Source of the DNA: Candidatus Mediterraneibacter norfolkensis
GTDB taxonomy: Bacteria > Bacillota > Clostridia > Lachnospirales > Lachnospiraceae
Length of the DNA: 64,000 nucleotides
NCBI GenBank assembly: GCA_019120615.1
Contig: DWUT01000013.1
Coordinates: 2,519-66,518 of the forward strand
Direction: 5' to 3'
Part shown: piece after piece, positions 53,448-62,265 of the stretch
How positions within the stretch are numbered: the stretch's first letter is position 1
Layout: every line of letters begins with the position of its first letter
Made by a program: the position numbers and the translations under genes
Notes under the pieces: model-generated
Told to the model about the DNA's origin: nothing
The model's input: the letters and a program-made list of their open reading frames with translations, nothing else
Database searches by the model: none

Positions 53448-55367
53448 TCACTTTTTTCTGTGGATGTTTCTTATCGTTTTCTTCTTTGTACGGCGATCTG
53501 TACTCCGCCTGTTTTGATCATGCCCCTTCTTGTCTGTCCCGGGCCGGTTCTGATTTTGCCCCTTTTTGTCTGCCCGGGGCCGGATCAGGCATTTCGGTCC
53601 GTATCCCACCAGATCCATCCTCCCCGCCTTCTGGAGCGCTTCATAGACAAGGTCGTAAAGTTTCGGGTTGCGGTACTGGATCAGCGCCCTCTGCATTGCT
53701 TTTTCATGAGGATTCTTCGGCACATAGACCGGCTTCCTGTTTCTTGGATCAAGCCCGGTATAATACATGCAGGTAGATAAAGTGGATGGCGTAGGATAAA
53801 AATCCTGTACCTGCTCCGGCATATATCCCAGGTCCCTGCAGTATTCCGCCAGTTCCACAGCCTCTTTCATGCCGGAGCCGGGGTGGGACGACATCAGATA
53901 GGGAACCAGGTACTGTTTCTTTCCGATACGCTGATTCATCCTGTCAAACTGTCGTGTGAATTCCTCATATACTCTGTGTTCCGGCTTTCCCATCAGAGCC
54001 AGCACCGGCGCCGCCACATGCTCCGGAGCCACCTTCAGCTGTCCGCTGACGTGATACTCACAGAGTTCCCGCAGAAAATCCTTTTTCTTATCAGCCAGAA
54101 GATAGTCAAACCGGATCCCCGAGCGAATAAATACCTTCTTCACCCCGGGGATCTCTCTGAGCTTCTTAAGCAGTTTTACATAGTCGCTGTGATCCGCGTC
54201 CAGGTTGCGGCAGGGCGTCGGGAAAAGGCACTGTCTGTTCCTGCATACGCCGTGAGACGTCTGTTTTTTGCAGGACGGATGTCTGAAGTTTGCCGTAGGA
54301 CCGCCCACGTCATGGATGTATCCTTTAAAGTCCTTTTCTTTCGTGATCTCCTTCGCCTCTCTGAGCAGTGAGTCATGGCTCCGCACCTGGACGATCCTTC
54401 CCTGGTGGAATGTCAGGGCACAGAAACTGCATCCCCCGAAACATCCACGGCTGCTGGTCAGGCTGAACCTGATCTCCGAGATCGCCGGTACGCCGCCGGC
54501 TTCTTCATAGGAAGGATGATAAGTCCTCATGTAGGGCAGTCCGTACACATCATCCATTTCCGTCTCTGTCAAAGGTTTTGCGGGAGGATTCTGAACCACA
54601 TACAGATGGTCGGAATAGGGTTCCACAAGACGCTTCCCGGTAAACGGATCTGTGTTCAGGTACTGGGTATAGAAACTCTTTGCATATTCCCTCTTATCCT
54701 TTTTCAGGTCTTCAAAAGAAGGCAGTATCTCCGCATCGTAAACGCTCTCCAGAGACTTTACCTTCACTGCCGTCCCGTCAATATATGTCAGTTCTTCCAC
54801 GGGGATCCCCGCATCCAGTGCATCCGCTATCTCAGTGATGGAGTGCTCTCCCATCCCGTAGGAGATCATGTCCGCGCCTGAGTCCAGCAGCACAGACCGT
54901 TTCAGCTGATCGGACCAGTAATCATAATGAGCCAGACGCCGAAGACTGGCCTCAATCCCTCCCAGGATCACCGGCGTCTTTTTGTATGTCCGGCGGATCA
55001 GATTTCCATAGACCGTACAGGCATGATCCGGGCGCTTTCCCATCACTCTGCCGGGAGTATAGGCGTCGGTCTTTCTCCTCTTTTTGGAAACTGAATAATG
55101 GTTCACCATGGAATCCATATTTCCAGCCGAGACAAGAAAAGCAAGCCTTGGCTCTCCGTATATGGCGATGCTTTCAGGCTCTCTCCAGTCCGGCTGTGAG
55201 ATGATCCCCACACGATAGCCTTTGGACTCCAGCAGACGGCTTATGATGGCATGTCCGAAAGAAGGATGATCCACATAGGCATCCCCGATCACATATACAA
55301 AATCAACCTGTTCCCATCCCCGGTCTTCCATATCCTTTCTGCACACCGGCAAAAATCTATTTCCCAT
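53448..55367 (-). CDS. ygiQ: YgiQ-family radical SAM protein (UPF0313)
   Basis: Start moved to ATG 55367; the ORF-track extension of 69 aa overlaps the HAD gene. Carries DAYVDHPSFGHAIISR, the radical SAM cluster site GCFGGCSFCAL, and a basic K/R/Q/N-rich tail. Confidence 0.85.
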   Translation of the reverse strand: MGNRFLPVCRKDMEDRGWEQVDFVYVIGDAYVDHPSFGHAIISRLLESKGYRVGIISQPDWREPESIAIYGEPRLAFLVSAGNMDSMVNHYSVSKKRRKTDAYTPGRVMGKRPDHACTVYGNLIRRTYKKTPVILGGIEASLRRLAHYDYWSDQLKRSVLLDSGADMISYGMGEHSITEIADALDAGIPVEELTYIDGTAVKVKSLESVYDAEILPSFEDLKKDKREYAKSFYTQYLNTDPFTGKRLVEPYSDHLYVVQNPPAKPLTETEMDDVYGLPYMRTYHPSYEEAGGVPAISEIRFSLTSSRGCFGGCSFCALTFHQGRIVQVRSHDSLLREAKEITKEKDFKGYIHDVGGPTANFRHPSCKKQTSHGVCRNRQCLFPTPCRNLDADHSDYVKLLKKLREIPGVKKVFIRSGIRFDYLLADKKKDFLRELCEYHVSGQLKVAPEHVAAPVLALMGKPEHRVYEEFTRQFDRMNQRIGKKQYLVPYLMSSHPGSGMKEAVELAEYCRDLGYMPEQVQDFYPTPSTLSTCMYYTGLDPRNRKPVYVPKNPHEKAMQRALIQYRNPKLYDLVYEALQKAGRMDLVGYGPKCLIRPRADKKGQNQNRPGTDKKGHDQNRRSTDRRTKKKTIRNIHRKK

Positions 55368-56040
55368 CCTGTCCGCACCTTTCGTAGGTATTGTCTCTGA
55401 TCTCATAAAAATCATGGATGAAGTAATCCGCCAGACGCTTCTTTTCCTCCTCATCCGGTCTGGAAAACGCATCATCAACGGCGCACACTTCCATCCCCGC
55501 GTTCTTCCCCGCAAGGATCCCGTTGGGAACGTCCTCAAACACAAGACAGGCCGACGGTCGGACCTGCAGGTCATCCGCGACCTTCAGGTACACATCCGGG
55601 GCAGGTTTTCCGGCAGCCACTTCACAGGAAGTGCGCACGGAATCAAAGTATTCCAGTATCCCCTGAGCCTTCAGCGCCGCCTCCGCAAGGTCCCTGTCAT
55701 TGCTGGTGGCGATGCCGAGAAGTACGCCCCTCTGCTGCATGGCGCGGAGGAAGTCCACCGCTCCCGGTTTGGGAAGGACCTTTGTTGAATAAAGTTCCAT
55801 TGTCATATCTTTCCACTCTTCCTTGACCTGTTCTACCGTCCGGTGAAGGTTGTGGAAAGTGTCAACAAAATACTGCGCCGTCTCGGTATAGCTTTTCCCC
55901 TCGATTGCCTTGTGGAAGTCATCCGGCTGCACCAGCCCGTATTTATTCATATAGATGCGATCCACTTCCGGCCAGATCCACATGGAATCCACAAGGGAAC
56001 CGTCCATGTCAAATATGACTGCTTTCTTTCCTGTCAGCAT
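55357..56040 (-). CDS. HAD-IA family hydrolase (beta-phosphoglucomutase-like phosphatase)
   Basis: 227 aa with motif I VIFDMDGSLVDS, motif II IATSN, and motif IV FEDVPNGILAGKNAGM. Confidence 0.85.
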   Translation of the reverse strand: MLTGKKAVIFDMDGSLVDSMWIWPEVDRIYMNKYGLVQPDDFHKAIEGKSYTETAQYFVDTFHNLHRTVEQVKEEWKDMTMELYSTKVLPKPGAVDFLRAMQQRGVLLGIATSNDRDLAEAALKAQGILEYFDSVRTSCEVAAGKPAPDVYLKVADDLQVRPSACLVFEDVPNGILAGKNAGMEVCAVDDAFSRPDEEEKKRLADYFIHDFYEIRDNTYERCGQDGK

Positions 56041-56759
56041 AATCCGTCCCTTTCTTCCTTCGTCAGTTTTCTGTATTCTCCCGGTTTCAGGTTTTCATCC
56101 AGCACAAGAGTTCCCATTCTGAGACGTTTCAGATATACGACCTCTTTGCCAAGTGCATGGAACATCCGCTTCACCTGATGGAACTTTCCTTCCTGTATGG
56201 TGATCTCAGCCTCAGAGGTCTGCCCGCTTTTGAGGATCACAAGCTGCGCCGGCAGGGTCGGCTTCTCATCTCCGATATCGATCCCTTCCGCAAGCCTTCT
56301 GATATCCTCCTCAGAGAGGCTCCCCTGTACTCTGACATAATAGATCTTGTCCACATGTTTCTTCGGCGAGAGCAGACGATGGGCAAGTTCCCCGTCATTT
56401 GTTATGAGAAGGAGCCCTTCGGTGTCCCTGTCGAGCCTTCCCACCGGAAACAGATCCTTTCTCTGCTTTTCTTCGATCAGATCAAGGACTGTCTTCTCTT
56501 TTTTGTCTGTGGTCGCAGAGATCACTCCCGCCGGTTTATTCAGCATATAGTATTCATATTTCTCGTACACGGCAGGCTGATCCTTGTATGCCACCTCGTC
56601 CTTTTCCGTGTCGATCTTTGTCTCAGGCTTTCTGACAGGAACCCCGTTGATCTTCACGTTTCCTCTGGCAATCTCCCTTTTTGCCTCGCTCCGTGTCCCG
56701 TATCGCATATCTGCCAAAAATTTATCCAGTCTGATCTTCACAATGACTGCCACCGCCAT
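56034..56759 (-). CDS. RsuA/RluB-family pseudouridine synthase with an S4 domain
   Basis: ATG 56759 is chosen; a GTG at 56741 (GTGA overlap with the upstream stop) is an alternative. Carries IRLDKFLADM, GRLDRDTEGLLL and GKFHQVKRMF. Confidence 0.8.
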   Translation of the reverse strand: MAVAVIVKIRLDKFLADMRYGTRSEAKREIARGNVKINGVPVRKPETKIDTEKDEVAYKDQPAVYEKYEYYMLNKPAGVISATTDKKEKTVLDLIEEKQRKDLFPVGRLDRDTEGLLLITNDGELAHRLLSPKKHVDKIYYVRVQGSLSEEDIRRLAEGIDIGDEKPTLPAQLVILKSGQTSEAEITIQEGKFHQVKRMFHALGKEVVYLKRLRMGTLVLDENLKPGEYRKLTKEERDGLC

Positions 56760-58123
56760 CCCGGGAGATATTTGTTCTTCAGAGTCTGGTTTCCCAGTTT
56801 TCCAAACCCCAGCGGATACCCGTCCGCACAGACCAGATACCATCCTTTTTCCTTCGCGGAGACCAGATCGCCCACATCCAGAGTCTCCCCCCTCAGATAG
56901 CGGATCACCCGCTCGTCTGACGCAGGAAAATCCAGAATATACCTGTACTCTTCTTTTTTTAAATTCATGGCAAGAGCCTGGCTTGGTTCAAACCGTTTCT
57001 TCTTAAGTTCCCCCAGGAGCAGCCCGGTCCTCAAGAAACGGACGCCCTTCAGATCCGGGATCCCTTCCGGCATATAATAAACTTTTTCTCCGCGGATCTC
57101 AATCCTGGATAGATCAAACTCCCTGTTCACTGCTCCCAGGAACTCCTCCAGTTCTTCCGGAAGTTTCTTTGCTCTTCCCTTTCCTGAGACATCATGACCG
57201 GATATACCCTCACCTTTTTTCAGCAGGGCGATAAAGTGTCCTTCCCCTTTCATGCGGTGAGGGAAAATACGGACCGTCTTCTTCAGGTTTTCATCCTTCT
57301 GCTCCGTCACTTCCGGCATTCCTGCTGAAAAGCCCTCATAGCCTTCCATCTCACAGATCTCAAACTCAGGATACTGCTCCAGAAGATACTCGATCGTCTG
57401 CTCGTTTTCCAGAGGCGAAAAGGTACACGTGGAGTAGAGCAGCATACCGCCCGGACGGAGCATCTGGGCCGCCTGGGTCACGATACTCCTCTGGATCTTT
57501 GAAAAATATTCCGGACCGTGTTCCTCCCACGCACGGACCATCTTCCGGTCCTTCCGGAACATCCCTTCCCCGGAGCAGGGTGCATCGATCAGTATCTTGT
57601 CAAAATACTCCCGGAAGTAAGGCACCAGTTTTCCCGGTTCCTCGCTGAACACGAGCACATTTCCGATACCGAAGAGTTCCAGGTTCTTTAAAAGCCCCTT
57701 CGCCCGGGAACTGCTCAGATCATTCGCCGCAAGCACTCCCGTTCCCTGAAGCTTTGCCCCCAGTTCCGTCGCCTTTCCTCCCGGCGCCGCGCATACATCC
57801 AGCACACGGTCGCCGGGTTCCACCGGAAGCCGGTCAGCCGGAGTCATGGCGCTGGGTTCCTGAAGATAATACAGCCCCGCGAAGTAGTATGGATGCTTTG
57901 CCGGCTGAACTTTATCTCCATCATAATAAAATCCGTTTCGGATCCAGGGCACTCTCTCAAGGGGCCAGGGTGCGATCTTCAGGAAATCATCCACTGAGAT
58001 CTTCGCCGTGTTCACTCTGAGCCCATAGTGCCTGCTCTCTCCAAAACAGTCTGTATATCTCTTATAGTCCTCCGCTCCCAGCAGAGCGGTCATCTCCTCT
58101 TCAAACGCCTTTGGTAAATTCAT
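56738..58123 (-). CDS. RsmB/RsmF-family rRNA cytosine-C5 methyltransferase
   Basis: 461 aa with VLDVCAAPGGKAT, ILIDAPCSGEGMFRKD and YSTCTF, plus a C-terminal PUA-like extension. Confidence 0.85.
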   Translation of the reverse strand: MNLPKAFEEEMTALLGAEDYKRYTDCFGESRHYGLRVNTAKISVDDFLKIAPWPLERVPWIRNGFYYDGDKVQPAKHPYYFAGLYYLQEPSAMTPADRLPVEPGDRVLDVCAAPGGKATELGAKLQGTGVLAANDLSSSRAKGLLKNLELFGIGNVLVFSEEPGKLVPYFREYFDKILIDAPCSGEGMFRKDRKMVRAWEEHGPEYFSKIQRSIVTQAAQMLRPGGMLLYSTCTFSPLENEQTIEYLLEQYPEFEICEMEGYEGFSAGMPEVTEQKDENLKKTVRIFPHRMKGEGHFIALLKKGEGISGHDVSGKGRAKKLPEELEEFLGAVNREFDLSRIEIRGEKVYYMPEGIPDLKGVRFLRTGLLLGELKKKRFEPSQALAMNLKKEEYRYILDFPASDERVIRYLRGETLDVGDLVSAKEKGWYLVCADGYPLGFGKLGNQTLKNKYLPGWRWQSL

Positions 58124-58177
58124 CGTTTTTCCTCCATAGTGGACAGTATATCATGATTTCCACAGCCGATAAACCCC

Positions 58178-59023
58178 TTACCGGAAATTACATTCCAACC
58201 TTCTGTCCTCCACCATCTTCAATACAGGATAGGGGTTGACGCTGATCTCCTCTCCGTCAGGAGAAAGATAAATCCCCACATGAAGGTGGACCGGAAAATT
58301 ACCTGTGGTCCCCTCAACTTTACTGTATCCCGTATCCCCCATGTAACCGAGCAGGTCTCCCGCCTTCACCTGGTCTCCTTCCTCGATCTCCGCATAGGAA
58401 TCAAGGTGGGCATAGTAAAAATATGCTCCCTGCGGCGCACGGATGCCCAGCCGGTACCCGCCCAGCTCCAGCCACCCTTTGCTCTCCACGATCCCGTCGG
58501 TCATGCTTACCACCGGGTAAAGCCCCCGTTCATTGACCGACGCCATGATATCTGTCCCCTCGTGTCCCCTCTCACCTCCGTAGCTTCTCCCGAACAGCCA
58601 GGAATTTTCAAAACTGACAGCCACATCCTTCCGGTTGGACGCACTGGCCACCGGAAAATACGCGACGTCATCCCAGACTGCCTGACACGCCGCAAGGTAT
58701 GTACTCCATCCGGGAAGAACCGCCCATCTCTCTCTTCGTTCCGTCAGATTTTCCACGGACAGATCCGTCTTCTCCCGGAGGAAATCGCTTTCCAGCCAGA
58801 ACAGTCCCACAGCCTCTCCGGGAGAGTCCCACGACTTTACAAACCGCATCATCTCATCGCTGACAGGCTGACTCCTGAAATCCGCCGAAGAAAGAATCTC
58901 CTCTGTCAGTCTGCCGGTCTGGCTTATATATCTCAGACGGGGAATCCAGAGCGCTGTGAAAAGGGCAAGCAGGAACAGGAAAAATACCGGCACCGGCAGT
59001 TTTACCTTTCTCAGAAAAATCAC
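58178..59023 (-). CDS. M23-family metallopeptidase (membrane anchored)
   Basis: 281 aa with an N-terminal TM, then HEGTDIM, YYAHLDSY, GDTGYS and VHLHVGIY motifs. Confidence 0.85.
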   Translation of the reverse strand: MIFLRKVKLPVPVFFLFLLALFTALWIPRLRYISQTGRLTEEILSSADFRSQPVSDEMMRFVKSWDSPGEAVGLFWLESDFLREKTDLSVENLTERRERWAVLPGWSTYLAACQAVWDDVAYFPVASASNRKDVAVSFENSWLFGRSYGGERGHEGTDIMASVNERGLYPVVSMTDGIVESKGWLELGGYRLGIRAPQGAYFYYAHLDSYAEIEEGDQVKAGDLLGYMGDTGYSKVEGTTGNFPVHLHVGIYLSPDGEEISVNPYPVLKMVEDRRLECNFR

Positions 59024-59111
59024 CTTTTTCTTTTACCATATGTACCTCTCATAAAAATCATTCCCCGGTCATATACCTGAAATAACACCGGATATAAGGG
59101 TGGATCTTCCT

Positions 59112-60050
59112 ATGAAACATTTCCCGGCGGGGATCGTCGTCACCGCGCTGTTCGCGACCATGCTCCTTTTTCCGAAAGCAGTTTTTAACGGGGCAAGTGA
59201 AGGGCTTCTCCTGTGGTTTCAGATCATCTTCCCGACACTCTTTCCCTTTCTGGTCGTCACCAGCCTGCTGATGTCGACCGGAGGACTGCGCTTCGTTGCC
59301 GGGCTGTTCGGAAAACCGCTGCGTCACCTTCTTAGAGTCTCTCACCCCGGGGCATTCGCTGTCCTGGCAGGATTCCTGTGCGGATACCCCATGGGAGCAA
59401 AAGTAACCGCGGATCTTCTGAAAAAAGATCTGATCACCCGGGATGAGGCTGAGTATCTGCTCTCCTTCTGCAATAATACAAGCCCGATCTTTATCATTAA
59501 TTTCATTGTCTGGAAGACATTCGGCCAGGAGGAACTGCTTTTCCCCACTCTGGGTATTCTTATCCTCACGCCTCTCCTTTTGAGCTTCCTGTTCCGGAGA
59601 TTTTACCTTCACGGCAGAAGATTTTTCCCGGAACCGGACCAGGAGACGCTTTCCGCAAAGAGTTCCTTTCGTTTTTCCGACCTGGACGCCTGTCTTATGG
59701 ACAGCTTTGAAGCCATCGTGAAAGTGGGCGGCTATATCATCGTGTTCTCCGTCCTTCTGTCCCTTCTGAACATGCTCCCGATATCCCGGCAGCTCTTCCT
59801 TCTTGCCGCCCCATCACTGGAGATGACCAACGGAATTATGCTCCTGAAAGAGAATCTGCCGGCCCCGCTTATCTGCTATCCTGCTGTCATCGGGCTGACC
59901 TCTTTCGGCGGATTCTGCTCTGCCGCCCAGACACGCTGTATGCTGGACGGAACCGGGCTTAAGATCCTGCCCTATATCATAGAAAAACTGGCTGCCGCAT
60001 TGGCAGCCAGTCTGCTGGCAGTCCTCTGTCTTCTTTTTTCCGGCACCTAG
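59112..60050 (+). CDS. ylbJ: Sporulation integral membrane protein YlbJ
   Basis: GASEGLLLWFQIIFPTLFPFLVVTSLL..GYPMGAKVTADL..EAEYLLSFCNNTSPIFI is the YlbJ family signature. ATG 59112 is preferred over GTG 59100. Confidence 0.8.
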   Translation: MKHFPAGIVVTALFATMLLFPKAVFNGASEGLLLWFQIIFPTLFPFLVVTSLLMSTGGLRFVAGLFGKPLRHLLRVSHPGAFAVLAGFLCGYPMGAKVTADLLKKDLITRDEAEYLLSFCNNTSPIFIINFIVWKTFGQEELLFPTLGILILTPLLLSFLFRRFYLHGRRFFPEPDQETLSAKSSFRFSDLDACLMDSFEAIVKVGGYIIVFSVLLSLLNMLPISRQLFLLAAPSLEMTNGIMLLKENLPAPLICYPAVIGLTSFGGFCSAAQTRCMLDGTGLKILPYIIEKLAAALAASLLAVLCLLFSGT

Positions 60051-60625
60051 CCGATATCATCCTGGGAATCATACCCTTCCTCCTCCGGAACCTCCAGTTC
60101 GGCACGGTTGGAACGGACAGTGTCATAGCACTCCTGGAGAGAATTGATCAGGCCGTCGTATTTTGTAGTATAACTGTCGAGTGTATGTCCGATGATGCTC
60201 TCTGCGTTTGCAAGAAGATCGTCCGTGTACTGGATCGCCCCGATGCGGATCGTATTCGCGTCTCTTGTCGCATTATCAATGATCTCCTGGGCCTGCGCGG
60301 TCGCCTGAGTCACGATCTCATTTGCCTGCGCGTAGGCCTGCTGCATGATCTCATGCTCGCTGACAAGCTCTGTTGTCTGAACCTGAGCTTCTTCGATCAT
60401 GGCGTCCGCCTTCGCCTTCGCATCTGCCAGGATCGCGTCCCGGTTCGCGATGATCTTCTGATAACGCTTGATCTCATCCGGAGTCTTCATGCGCAGTTCC
60501 CGAAGGAGCTCGTCCAGATGTTCCTTATTTACAATGATCTTGGTCGTAGAAAGAGGCTGAAACTTACAGTCTCTGTCGATGTACTCCTCGATCTCTTCAA
60601 TAATCTGCTCAATACGGCTGCTCAT
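60047..60625 (-). CDS. Hypothetical coiled-coil protein (resembles proteins annotated as ATPase subunit-H/b-like downstream of coaD)
   Basis: 192 aa, A/E/Q-rich helical repeats. Its stop overlaps the ylbJ stop (CTAG at 60047-60050). No catalytic motif seen. Confidence 0.4.
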   Translation of the reverse strand: MSSRIEQIIEEIEEYIDRDCKFQPLSTTKIIVNKEHLDELLRELRMKTPDEIKRYQKIIANRDAILADAKAKADAMIEEAQVQTTELVSEHEIMQQAYAQANEIVTQATAQAQEIIDNATRDANTIRIGAIQYTDDLLANAESIIGHTLDSYTTKYDGLINSLQECYDTVRSNRAELEVPEEEGYDSQDDIG

Positions 60626-60627
60626 TG

Positions 60628-61119
60628 TTACACTCTCCTTTTTGTATTCATCTTTTTCCGAAGTTCTTCGGCCACTGCTTCCGGCACAAACTGTGACAGA
60701 TCTCCCCCAAAAGCAGCGATTTCCCTTACTGTAGTAGAACTTAAATAAGAATATTCTATACTCGTCGTCAGAAACATGGTCTCCACATTCGGAGCCAGCT
60801 TGTGATTCGTCTGTGACATCTGCAGTTCATATTCAAAATCAGTGATCGCCCTCAGTCCTCTGATCACGACGTCTGCGTTTACTCTCGTCGCGAAATCCAC
60901 CAGAAGCCCGTCAAAAGGCTGAATCCTGACATTCGGCAGATCTTTCGTCACTTCCTTTAACATTTTAACACGTTCTTCCACAGAAAACAACGGCATTTTC
61001 GCTTTATTGTTCAACACTCCGACAATTAATTCGTCCACGATCTTGCAGGATCTTAAAACGATATCATAATGTCCGTATGTAACCGGGTCAAAGCTCCCCG
61101 GATAGACTGCTCTCAACAT
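60628..61119 (-). CDS. coaD: Phosphopantetheine adenylyltransferase CoaD
   Basis: 163 aa with [18 protein letters not shown] and ISSTTVREI motifs. Confidence 0.95.
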   Translation of the reverse strand: MLRAVYPGSFDPVTYGHYDIVLRSCKIVDELIVGVLNNKAKMPLFSVEERVKMLKEVTKDLPNVRIQPFDGLLVDFATRVNADVVIRGLRAITDFEYELQMSQTNHKLAPNVETMFLTTSIEYSYLSSTTVREIAAFGGDLSQFVPEAVAEELRKKMNTKRRV

Positions 61120-61682
61120 ATTTCTTCCTTTCCCGCTCTTACCAGAAACACATGCTTGTTTGTCTTATATAATTTCTCTCTGGTCACTTCAAATCCCAGT
61201 CTCTCCGCATAGGAAAAATCCGTTTCCTTCGAAGCCTCGGCAATGATGACCGTGTCCTCATACACCAGTTCTGAACCGGCAAGATATTCAAGGACTGTTT
61301 TCTCCAGTCCGCGGTCATAAGGCGGATCCATGAAAATAAAATCAAAGGTCTTTTCGCCTTCCAGCTGATAAAGCGCGTTCATCACATCTCTCGTCATGGT
61401 GACCGCTCTGCCCTCCAGCCTCGTAAACCTTAAGTTTTCCTTTATACACGCCATCGCCCTGGGGTTGTTCTCCACAAACACGGCCTCCCGGGCTCCCCGG
61501 CTCAGCGCCTCGATCCCAATCCCTCCGCTTCCGCTGAAGAGATCCAGAAATCTGCAGTCATACATGGACGGCCCGATCATATTGAACAGAGTCTCCTTGA
61601 TCCGGTCCGTGGTCGGTCTGGTATCCATGCCCTCCAAAGTCTTAAGTCGGAGTCTTTTCGCGCTTCCGGCAATCACTCTCAT
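61113..61682 (-). CDS. rsmD: 16S rRNA (guanine966-N2)-methyltransferase RsmD
   Basis: 189 aa with [32 protein letters not shown] and FMDPPY. Confidence 0.9.
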   Translation of the reverse strand: MRVIAGSAKRLRLKTLEGMDTRPTTDRIKETLFNMIGPSMYDCRFLDLFSGSGGIGIEALSRGAREAVFVENNPRAMACIKENLRFTRLEGRAVTMTRDVMNALYQLEGEKTFDFIFMDPPYDRGLEKTVLEYLAGSELVYEDTVIIAEASKETDFSYAERLGFEVTREKLYKTNKHVFLVRAGKEEIC

Positions 61683-61724
61683 ATCCCGACACCTCTCTTA
61701 TCTAACTATGCTGAATTTTAGCAG

Positions 61725-61753
61725 AAAAAAGCACTCAGGTCAATCCCGAGTGC
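61725..61753 (-). terminator. Rho-independent terminator after the SASP gene
   Basis: The minus strand reads GCACTCGGG-attga-CCTGAGTGC followed by TTTTTT. Confidence 0.7.
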
Positions 61754-61825
61754 CTTTCCCTTCTGCGGCTCTGTCATCCTGTTCCGATCAGGGACAGGCC
61801 GCGTCATTTTCTCCGGTCCGGGATG

Positions 61826-62032
61826 TTATTTCCCAGCCATCTGTTTTTCCTGCTGTTCGATCATTTTCTTGACCATATATCCACCTACAGATCCGTTCTG
61901 CTTGGAGGTAAGGTCTCCGTTGTAGCCGTCAGATAACGGTACCCCGAGTTCGTTAGCCACCTCGTACTTGAATTTGTCCAGCGCGCCCTTTGCCTCAGGC
62001 ACTGCTGCTCTGTTAGATGAACGACTTGCCAT
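61826..62032 (-). CDS. Alpha/beta-type small acid-soluble spore protein (SASP)
   Basis: Start moved to ATG 62032 (AAAGGAGGAAAC RBS). 68 aa. EAKGALDKFKYEVANELGV and GSVGGYMVKKMIE are SASP signature motifs. Confidence 0.9.
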   Translation of the reverse strand: MASRSSNRAAVPEAKGALDKFKYEVANELGVPLSDGYNGDLTSKQNGSVGGYMVKKMIEQQEKQMAGK

Positions 62033-62265
62033 TTTTGTTTCCTCCTTTTGCATTTTAGTAACTTTGACAGTCACTTTCCTGTGTTCTGTAACAGATCCTT
62101 CCGGCTGCATCTGTATGTAGTCCGCCGCTTTGATGCAGCCATCTGTCATACATCCGCTTCCGTTCGTTTCTGTTACGATGTTAGTATATGGAGGACAAAA
62201 TCTTTTAAACTGGAAATTTGTGTTATCATGATTTTTAAGTACGCATGCGTACAGGAGCGCTTCTG

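Noticed and set aside
53521-53582. Imperfect tandem duplication of about 27 nt near the ygiQ 3' end
   Set aside because: It lies inside the coding region and simply encodes the repeated basic tail (DKKGQNQNR / DKKGHDQNR) typical of this family. It is not an independent element.
52518-53780. 420-aa plus-strand ORF
   Set aside because: It lies antisense to the SDR gene and the ygiQ 3' end. Its translation is R/P/C/H-rich with no motif, whereas the minus-strand products have clear family signatures. It is a shadow ORF.
53448-55574. N-terminal extensions proposed by the ORF track (also 3276-4697, 13232-14029, 13887-14318, 19120-19365, 20858-21598, 28380-28832, 56034-56843 and 61826-62149)
   Set aside because: The extensions overlap the upstream gene, are R-rich or unrelated to the family N-terminus, and lack an RBS. 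An internal ATG with a GGAGG-type RBS matches the expected family start in each case.
62239-62252. Perfect 14-nt palindrome GTACGCATGCGTAC 13 nt after the recG stop
   Set aside because: It could be a weak terminator stem (5 bp plus a 4-nt loop), but it has no U-tract and is too short to interpret.
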